From Adineta vaga (taxonomy: Eukaryota > Animalia > Rotifera), in contig CP075493.1 of NCBI GenBank assembly GCA_021613535.1, positions 5,766,001 to 5,830,000 on the forward strand: a DNA stretch of 64,000 bases. Direction: 5' to 3'. The position numbers were made by a program, and so were the translations under genes. Below, one piece after another: positions 61,001 through 64,000 of this stretch. A model generated the notes under the pieces. That model was not told the origin of the DNA and did not search any database. It saw only the letters and a program-made list of their open reading frames with translations. Numbering within the stretch: the first letter of the stretch is position 1; each line of letters starts with the position of its first letter.

Positions 61001-62212
61001 ATTACATTCTTCTAATTCATAATTTCTTTTTCTTTTCAGCATCAATTTCATCATCACTACGTTCGACTGGTTCAGATTCAGAAAGTCTGTATGGGTAAAT
61101 AATTCTACATCAGACATATAAAAAAGAATCAAATGTTTCTTTTCTTATTCAAGTAAATACATCAAAAAATTTACTCATCCGACATTACGTCCAAAAAAAT
61201 CATATCAACAATCCGGTAAATTTTTCTACTTTTTCGCATTTTCTCATTTCATTTTCTAAAACAAAATAGATTCAGGTGCATCAGAAATTGAAACTTATGT
61301 AACAACTCATCCGTTTGACTCCCTTAATAAGAAAATGCATCGTAGTAATCAGATTTGGAAATTACAACGAAAATCCAGTCCACAACGTTCACGATTTGCA
61401 TTATTTCATCGAAGTGTATCAATCGGACATGGTGATATTGAAAAATATAAACCAAAATCTCATCAACCATTAATTGCTACTGAAATTCCCTCGAAAATCG
61501 ATACGAAGCAAGAAGATTCTATACCAACTACACATCGAAGTTCACTTGTGATTAATCATACGCAAGATAAAACTAAACAAGATTCACCAGCTAAATTCTT
61601 TGTCGATTCACAAAAAGGTGTTGTTTAGTAAGTTGAAAGATTGCTTCGATAAAACTGTTGACGATTTTTATTTAGTCGATATCGTTTTAATAAAACACAA
61701 AATCCAATTAAAATAGATCAACAAAAATCTATTCAGAAAAAAATCTATCGATGTGGAAAATGTGGAAATGCAACACCCTATCATCATCGGTTCGCATTTG
61801 AAAGAAGCTTGAATTTTATCAATTATGAATGTTTTCTTTTCAGTCATTATGCCAATTCCGTCTCACGAGAAACTGTTGCAACTCAAGCAGATGATCTCGG
61901 ATATGAAAGTGGACATAGGTAAGAATAGTGTTCATTTAAATTTAATTTGTATTTTCTTTTTTGAAGAAAAAGAAGTCAATCATGTCGATATACCGATTCA
62001 ACGTCATCCTCTGATAGTGATTCCGATCTAGTAGGATGTGATTTTTTCTAGAATACACTTGCTAAATAATCACTTTCTCTTAGAGTACAAATTATCTACA
62101 AATGATTGCATTAAATGAAGCTTATGAACGAGCTGAAAAAGTTGAAAACTGTTCACATCGATTATCAAGATATATCACTCGACAATTGAAACTTGCTTTG
62201 ACACTCATCTAA
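58012..62212 (+). CDS. AKNA: AKNA-domain protein, multi-exon; 5' end uncertain (possibly from ~57552)
   Basis: LHENYEELLEKYAQAENTIDQLRF matches the AKNA signature. Many small in-frame exons run to ..LNEAYERAEKV..LKLALTLI* (TAA 62210-62212). Confidence 0.65.
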
Positions 62213-62658
62213 TAAATAGATAATTATACGATGTTTTTTTTTTAATGACTTATAAAATAGATTTTGTATTTTAAATTATTTGCACGTAATTTTAGATTGA
62301 ACTTTAAAAAACGTCTAGCGTACAGTTTTTATTTAGAATAAGACAAAAATTTCCATTGATTTCGAATGAAAACAAATCAAAATACATTCACTAGCGCCAT
62401 CAAATCATTATGTTTATTCACATTTATAGTTCCACTAACGAACGAACGAACGATTATTTCTTTGTCTAATTAAAAACAAACATAATATGATGTCATTTAT
62501 TATTCGTCGTCTATTCTGTGCATGTGCAGTCTAAAGTCTATATATACATCTATGCACTAATCGCTAGTATCTATTGTGTCCTTTGCCTAGTGTAAATAGT
62601 CGGTTTAACTTAGTTTTATTTACAGATATCTTTACATTTTTTTAAAATACAAATAAAA

Positions 62659-63923
62659 ATGAGTAAACGATCACTTGATCCTGAAAATAAAGAAAATGAA
62701 CCTGAACATAATTCAGCTACTATAAATGAACTTATTCCATATAAAAAAGCAAAATTTACTGATCGAACGAATGACGAAGAAGTAGAAGATGATGAAGAAG
62801 AAGACGACGATCAAGAAGAAGAGAATACCGAAGATGAGGATCAAGAAGAAGATACCGAGGATGATGATGATGATCAAGAAGAAAATGAAGAAGAAGAAGA
62901 AGATGGTCCATTATCAATCTCGGCAGTTCTTGAACTCAATGAAGGTACAATTCATCCAACCAATAAACAATATTTCATCTATGAAGGTACTGATCTCGGT
63001 ATGGTTTCTAAGACAGCTCGTTTCTGGAGTCGAAAATATTTAAAAGTGTTTCAACATGTCGATCCTGATGTATATAATGTACGTTAAAAAATTGTCTTTA
63101 GAAAAAAAAACTTCATTGATTTTGAATATTTTCTTTAGATGTACATTCATAATGATTTTCTTTGTTATGGTGAATTAGAAATTCTTGAAAATTGTCTTCT
63201 TGATATAGCAAAAGGAACATTTCTTAAACATAAAGGTCAAATGAATAGCACCAATTGTATTACTGCTTTTCGTCGCTTAGAAGCTTTAACTATTATTCTT
63301 GAACGTGCCGATAGTTTTCCAGGTATGGATGATGGAGAACGTTTTATTGCTATTATGCGTGTTATTGGTGCCTGTTATGTATCAATTCTTGCTAGTTTAT
63401 TACCACCATCATTATTTCATGGTAACTCATTGGATAGTGATGATGAAATGAAAAAAATAAATAAACTTGCACAACAATTACCTAATTTTAAAGAAGTTTT
63501 AAAACGAGCTTTAATTCGTGGTCGAATGTTTTTACAAATCGGATATATTCCAACTGCTTATACCAATTTTTTATATGTAAGTTTTCCATTGAATTCTATA
63601 TCAAATAGTTCTGAAATCTATTCTAGACGATCTATTGTAATTGGTCGTTAGCTATTGATAAAATTCGTATTGATTTAAATGCAAAGCCTGATGACAAAGA
63701 CAAAGACATTTGGGAAGCATTAAAACATGCAGCTCAAATAAAGAGAACATCTTATAAAGAATCATTTAATTTCTTGAAAGAATTAGAACTTTATTCAAAA
63801 ATGCATCCAGATTTAGGTGGTCATTCACATGATCTTCGTAAATGGTCGAAAACTAAACGACAAAGTTATTCTTTCGATAATATGGACGATGAACCTGTGG
63901 ATAACTTTTGGTTTCGATTATGA
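62659..63923 (+). CDS. Uncharacterised protein with acidic N-terminus and a domain resembling fungal hypothetical proteins; 3 exons
   Basis: Introns 63079-63138 and 63577-63626 give a continuous frame. Motifs DPDVYNMYIHNDFLCYGELEILEN, MDDGERF, LGGHSHDLRKWSKTKRQSYSFD. Confidence 0.8.
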
Positions 63924-64000
63924 ATAATCTTTTTTGTGTATAAATGTAAAAGGCTTGTTTTATTTTGATTTTTTTTGAATCGAGATGAAGTTTGTTATTC

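Overview
AT-rich, gene-dense animal genomic DNA with many short (~50-70 nt) GT-AG introns. Gene content and style point to a bdelloid rotifer (Adineta/Rotaria-like); this is an inference. About 19 spliced protein-coding genes can be assembled by eye: MNK kinase, a small secreted EGF-repeat protein, FAM221A, a three-repeat 6-TM Cys-rich protein, MED8, GSK3, alpha-N-acetylgalactosaminidase, a PAP2/wunen phosphatase with two alternative first exons, a bacterial-type ATP-dependent DNA ligase (LigE) fused to two PBZ fingers, Shal/Kv4, an HMG-box-truncated SMARCE1, COX7C, a BAR-SH3-SH3 protein, diaminopimelate decarboxylase (lysA), a fasciclin-repeat protein, condensin NCAPH, AK6, an AKNA-domain protein and an unknown fungal-like protein. 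A decayed Tc1/mariner element with a GC-rich insert lies at ~55.2-56.2 kb. Highlights: intron-containing genes of apparently non-animal origin (LigE-PBZ, lysA, the fungal-like gene) among core metazoan genes; a natural three-unit concatemer with trimeric-channel-like topology; a SMARCE1 with only a stub of its HMG box; and tightly packed gene pairs that look like trans-spliced operons. No rRNA, tRNA or CRISPR was seen. All family assignments come from motif recognition; no database searches were run.
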